Positions 1 to 8,891 are shown, numbered from the stretch's first letter. The stretch: 31,265 bases of DNA from an uncultured Gammaproteobacteria bacterium (GCA_964356665.1 CAYHIM010000001.1:1-31265), one strand, 5' to 3'. The notes: generated by a model not told the origin, from the sequence alone. A program made the numbers and translations.

Positions 1-54
1 ATTAAAAAACGGGAAATAGAGAGAAAGTTGCGGCGCATAAAACAACAATATTAG
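1..54 (+). CDS. smpB: 3' end of probable SmpB (partial, runs off window start)
   Basis: Frame 1 reads IKKREIERKLRRIKQQY*, a basic helical tail like the SmpB C-terminus. It lies directly upstream of tmRNA. Only 17 codons are visible. Confidence 0.6.
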   Translation: MKKREIERKLRRIKQQY

Positions 55-68
55 CGTCTTCTTCTCAA

Positions 69-93
69 ATCCCATCTTATTGGGATATTTTTT
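69..93 (+). terminator. Small hairpin plus T-run after smpB
   Basis: ATCCCA (69-74) / TGGGAT (81-86) with a 6-nt loop, then ATTTTTT. Confidence 0.3.
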
Positions 94-107
94 AAATAAC
101 AAATTTT

Positions 108-505
108 GGGGGTGTTAGGAATCGATGGCATGATCATTTTATCACTACGCAGGCCGAGCCGTGCCGTTTTAATCTCGTAAAACTACTAAGCGGCAAACAT
201 AAGTGTCAAAAACTTATTCAGCAAAGTTAGGTTGGCTTTCGCCAATTTAGCTTTTGCTCCTGCTCTGGCTTAAATTTAAGCAAGAGCCATCCGACCAGTA
301 ACGCCTACTAGCTGTACTCGGGTGTTATTTAGTAGGTTAGATTTGTCCCGCTTGTATTCATGGATAAATTGAAACAAAAGAATACTAGCTTAGGCAATTT
401 TTGTTTCTGTTTTTATTGCCTAAGTGAAACTTTAGCAGAAACTACGCCTGTACACGCAGGATAACTTGCTTGCCAGACAGGGGTTCAATTCCCCTCATCT
501 CCACC
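108..505 (+). ncRNA. ssrA: tmRNA (one-piece)
   Basis: 5' GGGGGTG pairs with 3' CATCTCC including G3:U70. T-arm AGGGG-TTCAATT-CCCCT. The end is ACC. An internal tag frame 205-273 follows ATAAGT and reads VKNLFSKVRLAFANLAFAPALA*, ending in ALA-stop. Confidence 0.92.
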
Positions 506-624
506 GAGATTAAAATTAAAAACAAGTTTGCCAAATAGAAAAAGATGGCAGGGATTTCCTCCCGAGGCGGACCCCGCACGCAAGCGCAAGCGCGCAGTGG
601 CGGGGCAATTCCCCTCATCTCCAC
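486..624 (+). repeat. 19-bp direct repeat of the tmRNA 3' end flanking a GC-rich palindromic cassette
   Basis: CAATTCCCCTCATCTCCAC at 486-504 and 606-624. Between them, CCCCGC (572-577) pairs with GCGGGG (600-605). Confidence 0.9.
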
Positions 625-855
625 AGTTCAATAAGTTTGTGCGGACTTAATTGTTTTGCAAACCCTATAATACAAATACTCCTAGATTAATTAGTCTATC
701 TGAGATATGCAAATACTATATTTGTATATCTTCACTAATAGATTAAGTAGTTTAATTACCAATCCGGATATGGAAATATAATTTTTGTGGTATTTGCATA
801 CTAATTTGAAGCATTCGCATTATATTAATTACTTTTTACCTCTTATCTTTCTACC

Positions 856-1413
856 ATGAGACGAACATTCCGCAGGCCAAAACCAAAACCCCAACTTGAA
901 TTTTATCGCATCAACGAACAAATCAGAGTGCCTGAAGTGCGGGTGATTGATGACGCCGGAGCAACGCTGGGCGTTATGCCCGTCACTAAAGCTATTGCGC
1001 TGGCGCGCGAACAAGAGTTGGATTTAGTGGAGGTGTCCCCCAAAGCCCAGCCGCCGGTAGCTAAAATTACCGACTACGGCCGCATGCGCTACCAAAAAGA
1101 AAAGCAGCTGCAGAAACAAAAAGCAAAACAGAAAAAAATTGAGGTTAAAGACATTCGTCTTTCTTTGCGCATCAGCCCGCACGATTTGGATTTTCGCCTG
1201 CAGCAGGCAGCTAAATTTTTGGAGCGAGGCGACAAATTAAAGATAGAAATTATCTTAAGAGGCAGGGAAAAGCAATTAGCAAGCAAAGGCGTGGCAATTA
1301 TGAAAAATTTTATTAATAAACTAAAAGAAAACGGCCGCCTTAATTTAGTGGAAGAACAAAGTTTGACAAGACAGATGAATGGCTTTAATATGATAGTCGT
1401 TAATAAAAATTAA
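856..1413 (+). CDS. infC: Translation initiation factor IF-3
   Basis: RINEQIR..EVRVID, LDLVEVSP.A.PPVAKITDYG, LRISPHDLDFRL..A.KFL..GDK.K...ILRGRE motifs. Followed by rpmI-rplT. Confidence 0.97.
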   Translation: MRRTFRRPKPKPQLEFYRINEQIRVPEVRVIDDAGATLGVMPVTKAIALAREQELDLVEVSPKAQPPVAKITDYGRMRYQKEKQLQKQKAKQKKIEVKDIRLSLRISPHDLDFRLQQAAKFLERGDKLKIEIILRGREKQLASKGVAIMKNFINKLKENGRLNLVEEQSLTRQMNGFNMIVVNKN

Positions 1414-1419
1414 TAACTT

Positions 1420-1617
1420 ATGCCAAAAATAAAAACTCATCAAGCGACCGCCAAACGCTTTAAGCGAACCAAAACCAATAAAATAATCAAACGCCATTGC
1501 GGCCAAGACCATTTTAACAGCCGCGACCGCGGTAAAGTAACGCGCGCTAAGCGGCGCGATGTTTTAATGGCTAAAACCGAAAGCAAGACGATTAACGCAT
1601 TAGTGCCATACCTTTAA
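1420..1617 (+). CDS. rpmI: 50S ribosomal protein L35
   Basis: MPKIKTHQATAKRFKRT signature; sits between infC and rplT. Confidence 0.96.
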   Translation: MPKIKTHQATAKRFKRTKTNKIIKRHCGQDHFNSRDRGKVTRAKRRDVLMAKTESKTINALVPYL

Positions 1618-1643
1618 AATTAATTACCAATTAAATTGAATCT

Positions 1644-1991
1644 ATGCCAAGAGTTAAACGGGGAACCAGCCACGTAAAACGAAGGCGAAATCTGCTTAAA
1701 CAGACGAAGGGCTATAAATGGGGCAGAAAAAAATTAATCAAAGCGGCGCGCACCGCTGTCCTGAAAGCCGGGCAGCACGCTTTTAGCGACCGGCGCAAAA
1801 AGAAAGCCGACTTCCGCCGCCTGTGGCAGATAAAAATCAACGCTTTCGCGCGGGAACATAATTTAACCTATTCCCGCCTGATAAATTTATTGAAAAAAAA
1901 TAACATCGCCTTGGACCGAAAAATTCTGGCTGATTTAGCCGTCAATAACAAAGCCGTCTTAGCTAACCTGATTGCTAAAATTAATAAATAA
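1644..1991 (+). CDS. rplT: 50S ribosomal protein L20
   Basis: MPRVKRG..., DRRKKKADFRRLWQIKINA, LDRKILADLA motifs. Confidence 0.97.
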   Translation: MPRVKRGTSHVKRRRNLLKQTKGYKWGRKKLIKAARTAVLKAGQHAFSDRRKKKADFRRLWQIKINAFAREHNLTYSRLINLLKKNNIALDRKILADLAVNNKAVLANLIAKINK

Positions 1992-2000
1992 CCCTCGCTC

Positions 2001-2222
2001 ATGAAATTTTTAACTATTATCCAAACTATCGTGGCGGTCGCTTTAATGGTTGCCATTTTACTGCAAAACCGCGGCGCGGGCTTAGGCGGCGTTTTCGGCG
2101 GCGGTGATTCCAGCAACGTCTTTAGCACTAAACGCGGCTTAGAAAAAACGCTTTTTCGGGCGACCGTTGTGCTGGCGGTTGTCTTTATCGGCTTAGCTTT
2201 GGTTAATATCATCTGGCAATAA
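2001..2222 (+). CDS. secG: Preprotein translocase subunit SecG
   Basis: Two TM segments with ILLQNRGAGLGGVFGG and KRGLEKTLFRAT. Confidence 0.92.
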   Translation: MKFLTIIQTIVAVALMVAILLQNRGAGLGGVFGGGDSSNVFSTKRGLEKTLFRATVVLAVVFIGLALVNIIWQ

Positions 2223-2279
2223 CTCCTCTCTTAGTCTTATTTATCTTTATCTAAAAATTCGCTGCTCTAAATTTTCCTT

Positions 2280-4172
2280 GTGCCTGAATCTAAGCCAAAC
2301 AATTTATCTTTTTGGCAAAAAATAAAAAATGCCTTGGCCGCTAACCGCAACCGCCTGTTTTTGTGGTGGAAAAAAATATTGCCGGCGGCGGGGAAAGCGG
2401 GCGAGGCGGCGGACAAAAAACTAATTTTTTCCCTGCATCGCTCGCACTGGCCCAACTGGAGCCAATGGAGATATATCGGACAATTTTTGTCTAACCAAGA
2501 AAAAAAAATAATTCAGGTGTGCGCCGCCATTATCGTTGTTAATTTTGTTTTTTTAGGTTTTATTTTTTATAAAAATAATATTGCCTTAGTTCCGGCAGTC
2601 GGCGGCAGTTACACCGAAATTATCACCGGCGCCCCTAAATTTATTAATCCGCTGTACTCTTCGATTAATAATGTCGATAGCGATTTAGTGGCGCTAATTT
2701 ATTCCGGCTTGTTAACTAGAACTAAAGACGGCGGCTTAACAGCGGATTTGGCGGAAAAATTTGCAGTCAGCGAAGACGGTAAAATTTATACTTTTTATTT
2801 AAAAGAAAATATTCTCTGGCAGGATAAAACGCCCTTAACCGCTAACGATGTTATTTTTACTTTTCAGGCGATTAAAAATCCGGAGTATAAGAGCCCGCTG
2901 CGCGTCAGTTTCACCGGAGTGGAGATAAATAAAGCAGACGAACGCACGGTTAAATTTATACTGGCTGAACCCTACGCCGCTTTTTTGGAATTACTGACCT
3001 TTGGTATTTTGCCCGCGAACATCTGGGAACAAATTGCGCCCGCCGCCGCCAATTTAGCGGAATTGAACCTTAAGCCCGTTGGCAGCGGCCCTTACGGCTT
3101 TAAATCATTAACCAAAGATAAATCCGGCAACATTAGGTCGTATGAGTTAGAGGCGAATAAATATTATTTTAGGGAAAAACCTTACATCAATACTATTATT
3201 TTTAAATTTTCTCCTCTTTTTGGCGAAGGCGTCAGCACCCTTAATGAGGGCAAGGCCGAAGGCATAGATTACCTGCCCCGAGAATACGAAAATAAAATCA
3301 CTAATAACAACTTAAGCCGCTATTACTTAACGCAGCCCCAACTCACCGCGCTCTTTTTTAACCAAAATAATTTAGGGGCGCTGAAAGATATCCGGACGCG
3401 GCAAGCGCTGGCTTTTGCCTTGGACAAAATTTCTTTGGCAACGCTATTCCCCCATACGCAAATTATTGATAGCCCGATTTTACCGATGTTTACTGAATTT
3501 TATAATGACGCTGTCGCTAAGTATAATTTTGACCTGGATAGAGCGCGGGCCTTGTTAAAGGAAGCGGGCTGGCAAGTATCTGAAGTGCCTGATAGCGACC
3601 TGGCCACTACTACTGGCTTGCTCGCCGGAGAACAGCGGCAAAAAAAAGGGGAGGAATGGCTGACGATTGCGATTACTACTATTGACCAGCCGGACACGAT
3701 GCAAGTAGCGGAATTAATCAAACAAGCGTGGGAAGCAATAAATATTAAAGTAACAATTAACGCCGTTTCGGCTCAATTAATCCAAACCGAAGTTATCCGC
3801 CCTCGGAACTATCAAGTGCTTTTGTACGGCGTGGTTTTAGGGGGCGACCCGGACCAGTATCCTTTCTGGCATTCGTCTCAAATTGGCCCCAGCGGGTTAA
3901 ATTTAGCTAACTACGCCAATAAAGAAATTGATATTTTGTTGGAAGACGGCCGCATTACCACTAACACCGGCGCGCGGCAAGAAAAATACAAAAAATTTCA
4001 GGAAATAATCGCGCGCGATCTGCCGGCGATTTTCCTTTACAGCCAAAGTTATCCTTATCTGCAAAATAATAAAATTAAGGGCTTCGATACCCAAGCGATT
4101 ATTATCCCGAGCGACCGCTTCGCTAACATCACTAATTGGTATATCAATATTCGTAAAAAAATAGTCTGGTAA
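2280..4172 (+). CDS. Membrane-anchored ABC substrate-binding protein, family 5 (OppA/DppA-like)
   Basis: N-terminal TM. INPLY, IYSGLL, DLAEKFAVSEDGKIYTFYLK...WQD..PLTANDVIFT, PVGSGPY, DPDQYPFWHSSQ, N..NY.N.EID.LLE motifs. GTG start assumed. Confidence 0.88.
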   Translation: MPESKPNNLSFWQKIKNALAANRNRLFLWWKKILPAAGKAGEAADKKLIFSLHRSHWPNWSQWRYIGQFLSNQEKKIIQVCAAIIVVNFVFLGFIFYKNNIALVPAVGGSYTEIITGAPKFINPLYSSINNVDSDLVALIYSGLLTRTKDGGLTADLAEKFAVSEDGKIYTFYLKENILWQDKTPLTANDVIFTFQAIKNPEYKSPLRVSFTGVEINKADERTVKFILAEPYAAFLELLTFGILPANIWEQIAPAAANLAELNLKPVGSGPYGFKSLTKDKSGNIRSYELEANKYYFREKPYINTIIFKFSPLFGEGVSTLNEGKAEGIDYLPREYENKITNNNLSRYYLTQPQLTALFFNQNNLGALKDIRTRQALAFALDKISLATLFPHTQIIDSPILPMFTEFYNDAVAKYNFDLDRARALLKEAGWQVSEVPDSDLATTTGLLAGEQRQKKGEEWLTIAITTIDQPDTMQVAELIKQAWEAINIKVTINAVSAQLIQTEVIRPRNYQVLLYGVVLGGDPDQYPFWHSSQIGPSGLNLANYANKEIDILLEDGRITTNTGARQEKYKKFQEIIARDLPAIFLYSQSYPYLQNNKIKGFDTQAIIIPSDRFANITNWYINIRKKIVW

Positions 4173-4277
4173 AAAACATTAAAACACTAGAACATTAAAA
4201 CAGTCAATGAGATTGATGGATGAGTAATTTTATTTTTTGCTTTTATGTTTTCATATTTTAATGTCTGCTTTAGTTAA

Positions 4278-4359
4278 GCCGATGTGGTGAAATTGGCAAA
4301 CACGCACGGTTCAGAGCCGTGTGCCGCAAGGCTTGTGGGTTCAAATCCCACCATCGGCA
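4278..4359 (+). tRNA. tRNA-Leu(CAG)
   Basis: Acceptor GCCGATG/CATCGGC, anticodon arm CACGG-TTCAGAG-CCGTG, long variable arm, T-arm GTGGG-TTCAAAT-CCCAC. CCA is not encoded. Confidence 0.95.
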
Positions 4360-4446
4360 CAAAATTTTCTTCTCAATTATTAATTAAATAATCGCTTCTT
4401 TCTTTCCTTTAAATAAAAAAGAAAAAGGAGGAGTTATTCTAATTTT

Positions 4447-6378
4447 ATGTTTATTCGTAAACCGCTATACCGGCGCGCCCACGATACTGCCCGCCCGGCT
4501 ATTAATGTTTCCGCAATAATAGCTAAACCAGCCAACTCCCCCAGCCAAGCAAAGCCCCAGCCGCAATTTAGGCCGGGAGGTTTTACCCGCCGCCGCCCGG
4601 GGAAACCTAAAAACACCCCTGCTAAATTTACTTCTTCGGCTGCTCGCGGCCAACTGCCGCCTGCTTACCAGCCGAAACCAGCCGAAACCAAGCAACGGCG
4701 CGCAAAAGACAGCGGCGACAGCTTAAAAATTTACTGCTTAGGCGGGCAGGAAGAAGTCGGGCGCAACTGCACGGTGTTTGAATACGGCAACGATATCATC
4801 ATCTTAGACATGGGCATTCAATTCCCGGATGAGGACATGCCCGGCATTGATTATATTATTCCCAACGTCAGCTCGCTGGAAAATAAAAAGCATAATATCC
4901 GCGGCGTGATTTTCAGCCACGGGCATCTGGACCATATTGGCGCCGCTCCCATGCTGTTGGAGCGGCTCGGCAACCCGCTGATTATCGGCCGCCAATTAAC
5001 GCTCGCTTTAATCAAAAACCGGCAAGAAGACTACAAGCGCGGCACTGCCGGCAAACTCAAAGCAATAACCATTCAATCTTTGGAGCAAAAAATAACTTTA
5101 GGCAAATTTAAAATTTCTTTTTTCCCGGTAGAGCATTCTATTATGGACGCGGTCGGCGTAGTTATCCAAACGCCTCAAGCGACAATTATTCATCCCGGCG
5201 ATTGGGCGCTGGAGCAAAATCCCGTCAGCGGGCAAGCAGTTACTTACGAACAATTAGCCAAACTGCCTTCGCCGCGCGTGCTGATGCTGGAAAGTTTAGG
5301 CGCGACTGTCACCAAAGAACGCGTATCAACTAAGGTAACGATGGCTAATTTGCAAAAACTAATTGACGCCGCTTCGGGCAGAATCATTATCGGCACTTTT
5401 TCTTCTCAAATTGAGCGCATTAAATATATTTTGGAATATGCGGAAAGTATAGGTAAAAAAGTGGCGCTGGACGGCTACAGCATGAAAATGAATATTGAAA
5501 TTGCTAAAGAGTTGGGCTATATCAAAGCGCACAAATCAACCATTATCGGCATTGAACAAATTCACCGCTATCCGGACAATAAAGTAATTATCATTTGCAC
5601 GGGCGCGCAAGGGGAAAATAACGCCTCGTTTGCGCGCATTGTCAACAACAATCACCGCCACATCCAAATCCAACCAAACGACACTATTGTTTTTTCCTCC
5701 TCCGTTATCCCCGGCAACGAAGCCACTATCCAAAAACTCAAAGACCAAATTTACCGCTTAACGGAAAATGTTTTTCACGCCGAGATTATGGATGTGCACT
5801 CCAGCGGCCATAGCACCGCCGAAGACATTAAAGCGGTGCTGCAACAAATTAAGCCGGATTATTTTCTCCCCGTTTACGCCAACTACTATATGCTGGTGGA
5901 GGCAAAAAAAATCGCCCTGCGCTCGGGCTTTTTGTCTAACAAAATTTTTGTCCTCGCTAACGGCGAAATACTGGAGTTTAAAGACGGAAAACCGAAACTA
6001 TTAAAAGAAAAAGCAAATACTGATTACGTGATGGTAGACGGGTTGGGAGTAGGGGACATTTCCGAAATAGTCTTGCGCGATCGGCAAGTAATGTCAGAGG
6101 ACGGCATGATTGTGGTGATTGCGACTATTTACAGCAAAACCGGCAAACTGGTCGGCAATCCGGACATAATTTCGCGCGGCTTTATCCATATGAAAGAAAA
6201 TAAAAAGCTGGTGGAAGATACGCGCATGAAAGCCAAAGAAATCGTGATGTCCAGTTCTAACGCGACCAAAGCCGATGAAAACTTTATTAAAAATAAGTTG
6301 CGCAATACTTTAGGCGAATTCCTGTTCCGCAAAACGCAAAGGCGGCCGATGGTTTTGCCGGTAATTATTAAAGTGTAG
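4447..6378 (+). CDS. rnj: Ribonuclease J with an ~90-aa low-complexity N-terminal extension
   Basis: LGGQEEVGRNC, DMG..FP, HGHLDHIG (HxHxDH), HSIMD, GAQGE, HSSGH and DG.GVGD..EIVLRDR..MSEDG motifs. Confidence 0.95.
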   Translation: MFIRKPLYRRAHDTARPAINVSAIIAKPANSPSQAKPQPQFRPGGFTRRRPGKPKNTPAKFTSSAARGQLPPAYQPKPAETKQRRAKDSGDSLKIYCLGGQEEVGRNCTVFEYGNDIIILDMGIQFPDEDMPGIDYIIPNVSSLENKKHNIRGVIFSHGHLDHIGAAPMLLERLGNPLIIGRQLTLALIKNRQEDYKRGTAGKLKAITIQSLEQKITLGKFKISFFPVEHSIMDAVGVVIQTPQATIIHPGDWALEQNPVSGQAVTYEQLAKLPSPRVLMLESLGATVTKERVSTKVTMANLQKLIDAASGRIIIGTFSSQIERIKYILEYAESIGKKVALDGYSMKMNIEIAKELGYIKAHKSTIIGIEQIHRYPDNKVIIICTGAQGENNASFARIVNNNHRHIQIQPNDTIVFSSSVIPGNEATIQKLKDQIYRLTENVFHAEIMDVHSSGHSTAEDIKAVLQQIKPDYFLPVYANYYMLVEAKKIALRSGFLSNKIFVLANGEILEFKDGKPKLLKEKANTDYVMVDGLGVGDISEIVLRDRQVMSEDGMIVVIATIYSKTGKLVGNPDIISRGFIHMKENKKLVEDTRMKAKEIVMSSSNATKADENFIKNKLRNTLGEFLFRKTQRRPMVLPVIIKV

Positions 6379-6412
6379 CTATTATTTGTCATTTCTATTT
6401 TTAAATAACTTT

Positions 6413-7090
6413 ATGAAATTGAATATTAAAGAAATTTTGGATTTTTTTGATGATATAAAAGATTCTCAAAAAGGAGATGCAAATGCCGTGTCGACTATTT
6501 TAGGAGAAGATTTAAATGCCTCTTCTTATAAACATTTTAGAAAAAATGGCGTAAAAATACTTGATGATTCAGTTCTTCAGGGGGGTAGAAATGGTAAAAA
6601 ATTAGATCGGTGGATTATTGATAAAAAAAATAAATTATACCAGTGTGAGATTAAAAACTGGGCAGCGACCGCGATTGGCGGCAAACAGTTGGGATCTGAT
6701 GCAAGCGATGAAATGATAAAAGCAGTTGCGAAGTATCACTGGAACCGTGAAGAAAAAAATTCTTTTTCCAAAAAAACACCTCATCCAAATAGGGTCAGTA
6801 AAGTACTACTTCCTATGCGTCCACCAGTCGAGTATAAAAATTTAAAAATTGAACCGCTACTAATATACTGGATGCCAATATCTTCTGATAAAAGGGGGTT
6901 AAATCCTTTATCATCTATTTCTCATCTTCCATTTAAAACTCCTTTCTCAAAACTTCATATTTTTTCAGTATCTTTATATCTTCGATTTCTAATTAAAAAT
7001 GGTGAAAAATATATTGATTTAGATATGCCACATTTTGAACATAGAATAAAAATATTAAGTAAATTGCAAAAAATAAAAATTAAATTCTAA
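6413..7090 (+). CDS. AT-rich hypothetical protein, PD-(D/E)xK nuclease-like
   Basis: Motif LDRWI-x7-QCEIKNW (D...ExK). Hand-counted GC is 14/60 (6421-6480) and 16/60 (6901-6960), versus 28/60 in rnj (4981-5040). ATG at 6413 is preferred over the 6386 start. Confidence 0.55.
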   Translation: MKLNIKEILDFFDDIKDSQKGDANAVSTILGEDLNASSYKHFRKNGVKILDDSVLQGGRNGKKLDRWIIDKKNKLYQCEIKNWAATAIGGKQLGSDASDEMIKAVAKYHWNREEKNSFSKKTPHPNRVSKVLLPMRPPVEYKNLKIEPLLIYWMPISSDKRGLNPLSSISHLPFKTPFSKLHIFSVSLYLRFLIKNGEKYIDLDMPHFEHRIKILSKLQKIKIKF

Positions 7091-7151
7091 TTCTTTTCAG
7101 CCATATCGCAATCCGCTTTTTGCGAGATTGCGCAACGCGTTAGGTGTAAAA

Positions 7152-7180
7152 TTGACCCTGCCCCCTAATTTTGCTACAAT
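7152..7180 (+). promoter_or_regulatory. Sigma70-type promoter for the LysM-M23 gene
   Basis: TTGACC (7152-7157), a 17-nt spacer, then TGn-TACAAT (7175-7180). Confidence 0.7.
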
Positions 7181-7206
7181 AAAAAAGACCGATTAAGGTC
7201 TTTTTT
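7181..7206. terminator. Perfect 10-bp inverted repeat, bidirectional terminator-like
   Basis: AAAAAAGACC-GATTAA-GGTCTTTTTT. Confidence 0.55.
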
Positions 7207-7215
7207 ATTAAATAA

Positions 7216-8574
7216 ATGTCCGATAATTTCAAAAAAATAGGGCTAAATATCTTAATTCTACTGTTTCAGGGAATATATTATGGCGTTAAATTTTTAATAC
7301 TGGGATTGCGAAATTTGTTATTTCTCCCTTTATACAATGTCTCTAAAAAGCTCTTTGGCAGTGTTATTATTAGGCTGTACGGGCAATTCCTAATTTTAAA
7401 AACAAAAATCGGCAGCCAGGAGCGAGTGCGGTTTAGCCGTCTATTTTTGAGCAGCCGCGCCACTCATGCCACCATTATTGGCTTAACCGTTATTATTTTA
7501 ATAATTAATCTAACCGCCGGCAGTAAAGATACCTTGGCGGCTGACGACAGCTCTCCTAAACCAATACTTTTTTACTTACTGCAGAACGAGTTTGCCGAAG
7601 ATGAGGAGTTAATCGTGGAAACTTTTGACCAGTCCGCTATTGTCACGCCCGAAGAAGAAAACTATCTGCGCAATTTAGGCAGCGTGCGCGTCCAGCCGCA
7701 AGCGGAAATGAAAGCCGTTGGGGAGGCAGAAGAGGAAACGACGGAAAGTTTAGTCCACGGCGGCAGCTCTTTTGTCAAACCCAACCTGGCGCAAACCAAA
7801 AAAGTAAAGCGGCCGCGCACGACTATTGTCTTTCATGCGGTGCAATCCGGCGAAACTATCAGCACCATCGCCCAAGAATACGATATTTCGGTCAGCGCTA
7901 TTTTGTGGGAAAATAACCTAACCGCCTATTCCGTTATCCGCCCGGGCAATACTTTGGCAATTTTGCCGGTAAGCGGCGTGTCTTATGCCATTCAGCGAGG
8001 CGACACCCTGCAAGGCATTGCCAAAAAATACGGCGTTACTAAAGAAGAAATAGCTAACTTTAATAAATTAGCGGATTCAGGCTACCTCCGCGCCGGACAA
8101 AAAATTATCATTCCGGGCGGCAGTAAAAAATATACCGCGCCGGCCGTTACCAGCTACTCCGGCATCGCGGCTCTAAAGGAGCTGATTACTCCGCCCTCGG
8201 CTAAACCGGTGCCGGGCAACAAGATGAATTGGCCGACTATCGGCTACCGCATCACCCAGTATTATAGTTGGCGCCACCGCGGCATTGATATTGCTAATAA
8301 ATTAGGCACGCCTATTTATGCCGCCGACGCCGGCGTCGTGGAATACGCCGGCTGGGGCACGGGCTATGGCAACCAAGTGGTTATTGACCATGGCGGCGGC
8401 AAACGCACGCGCTACGGGCACGCCTCCAAGTTATTAGTGCAAAAAGGCGAAGAGGTGGCGAAAGGGCAAACGATTGCTTTGATTGGCTCTACCGGCTGGT
8501 CCACCGGGCCGCACGTGCACTTTGAAGTTATTATTAATAACATTAAGTATAACCCATTTGACTTTGTAAAATAA
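7216..8574 (+). CDS. Membrane-anchored LysM (x2) plus M23 metallopeptidase
   Basis: LysM repeats HAVQSGETISTIAQEY and YAIQRGDTLQGIAKKY. M23 motifs HRGID, YGH and STGPHVH. N-terminal TM segments. Confidence 0.92.
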   Translation: MSDNFKKIGLNILILLFQGIYYGVKFLILGLRNLLFLPLYNVSKKLFGSVIIRLYGQFLILKTKIGSQERVRFSRLFLSSRATHATIIGLTVIILIINLTAGSKDTLAADDSSPKPILFYLLQNEFAEDEELIVETFDQSAIVTPEEENYLRNLGSVRVQPQAEMKAVGEAEEETTESLVHGGSSFVKPNLAQTKKVKRPRTTIVFHAVQSGETISTIAQEYDISVSAILWENNLTAYSVIRPGNTLAILPVSGVSYAIQRGDTLQGIAKKYGVTKEEIANFNKLADSGYLRAGQKIIIPGGSKKYTAPAVTSYSGIAALKELITPPSAKPVPGNKMNWPTIGYRITQYYSWRHRGIDIANKLGTPIYAADAGVVEYAGWGTGYGNQVVIDHGGGKRTRYGHASKLLVQKGEEVAKGQTIALIGSTGWSTGPHVHFEVIINNIKYNPFDFVK

Positions 8575-8578
8575 CGCT

Positions 8579-8842
8579 ATGCATTTTATTATCGGTCTAA
8601 TCGGCATGGCGGTCGGCGCGCTGATGGTTATTTACTCGGAAAAAATCTACAACGCTTTCGGCCCCATTCCTTGGTTTGAAAAATATCTCGGCACCGAGGG
8701 CGGCTCTCGCTTGGGCTACAAACTCATCGGCATACTGGCATTTTTTATCTTTATGCTGGTTTTCTTGAATTTGCACCAAAGTTTTATTATGTGGATTTTA
8801 AGCCCGATCATTAGGCCGATACAGAAAACAATTATCAATTAG
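8579..8842 (+). CDS. Small two-TM membrane protein, unknown function
   Basis: 87 aa with two hydrophobic segments; starts 4 nt after the M23 stop. Confidence 0.75.
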   Translation: MHFIIGLIGMAVGALMVIYSEKIYNAFGPIPWFEKYLGTEGGSRLGYKLIGILAFFIFMLVFLNLHQSFIMWILSPIIRPIQKTIIN

Positions 8843-8843
8843 C

Positions 8844-8875
8844 AATTACGAATAATTGATAATTCGTAATTTTTA
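8844..8875 (+). terminator. 10-bp inverted repeat plus T-run
   Basis: AATTACGAAT (8844-8853) / ATTCGTAATT (8862-8871), then TTT. Confidence 0.4.
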
Positions 8876-8891
8876 ATTTGTAATTGATTTT

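Noticed and set aside
442-624. 60-aa minus-strand ORF with repeated EMRGI
   Set aside because: It is the antisense reading of the tmRNA 3' end and its duplicate, not a protein.
486-624. attL/attR of a prophage or genomic island
   Set aside because: The repeats are only 120 bp apart and the window has no integrase or phage genes. Kept only as a micro-element or scar.
4175-4264. AACATTAAAACA direct repeat and its partial inverse before tRNA-Leu
   Set aside because: Short and AT-rich low complexity; no function can be supported beyond a possible weak terminator.
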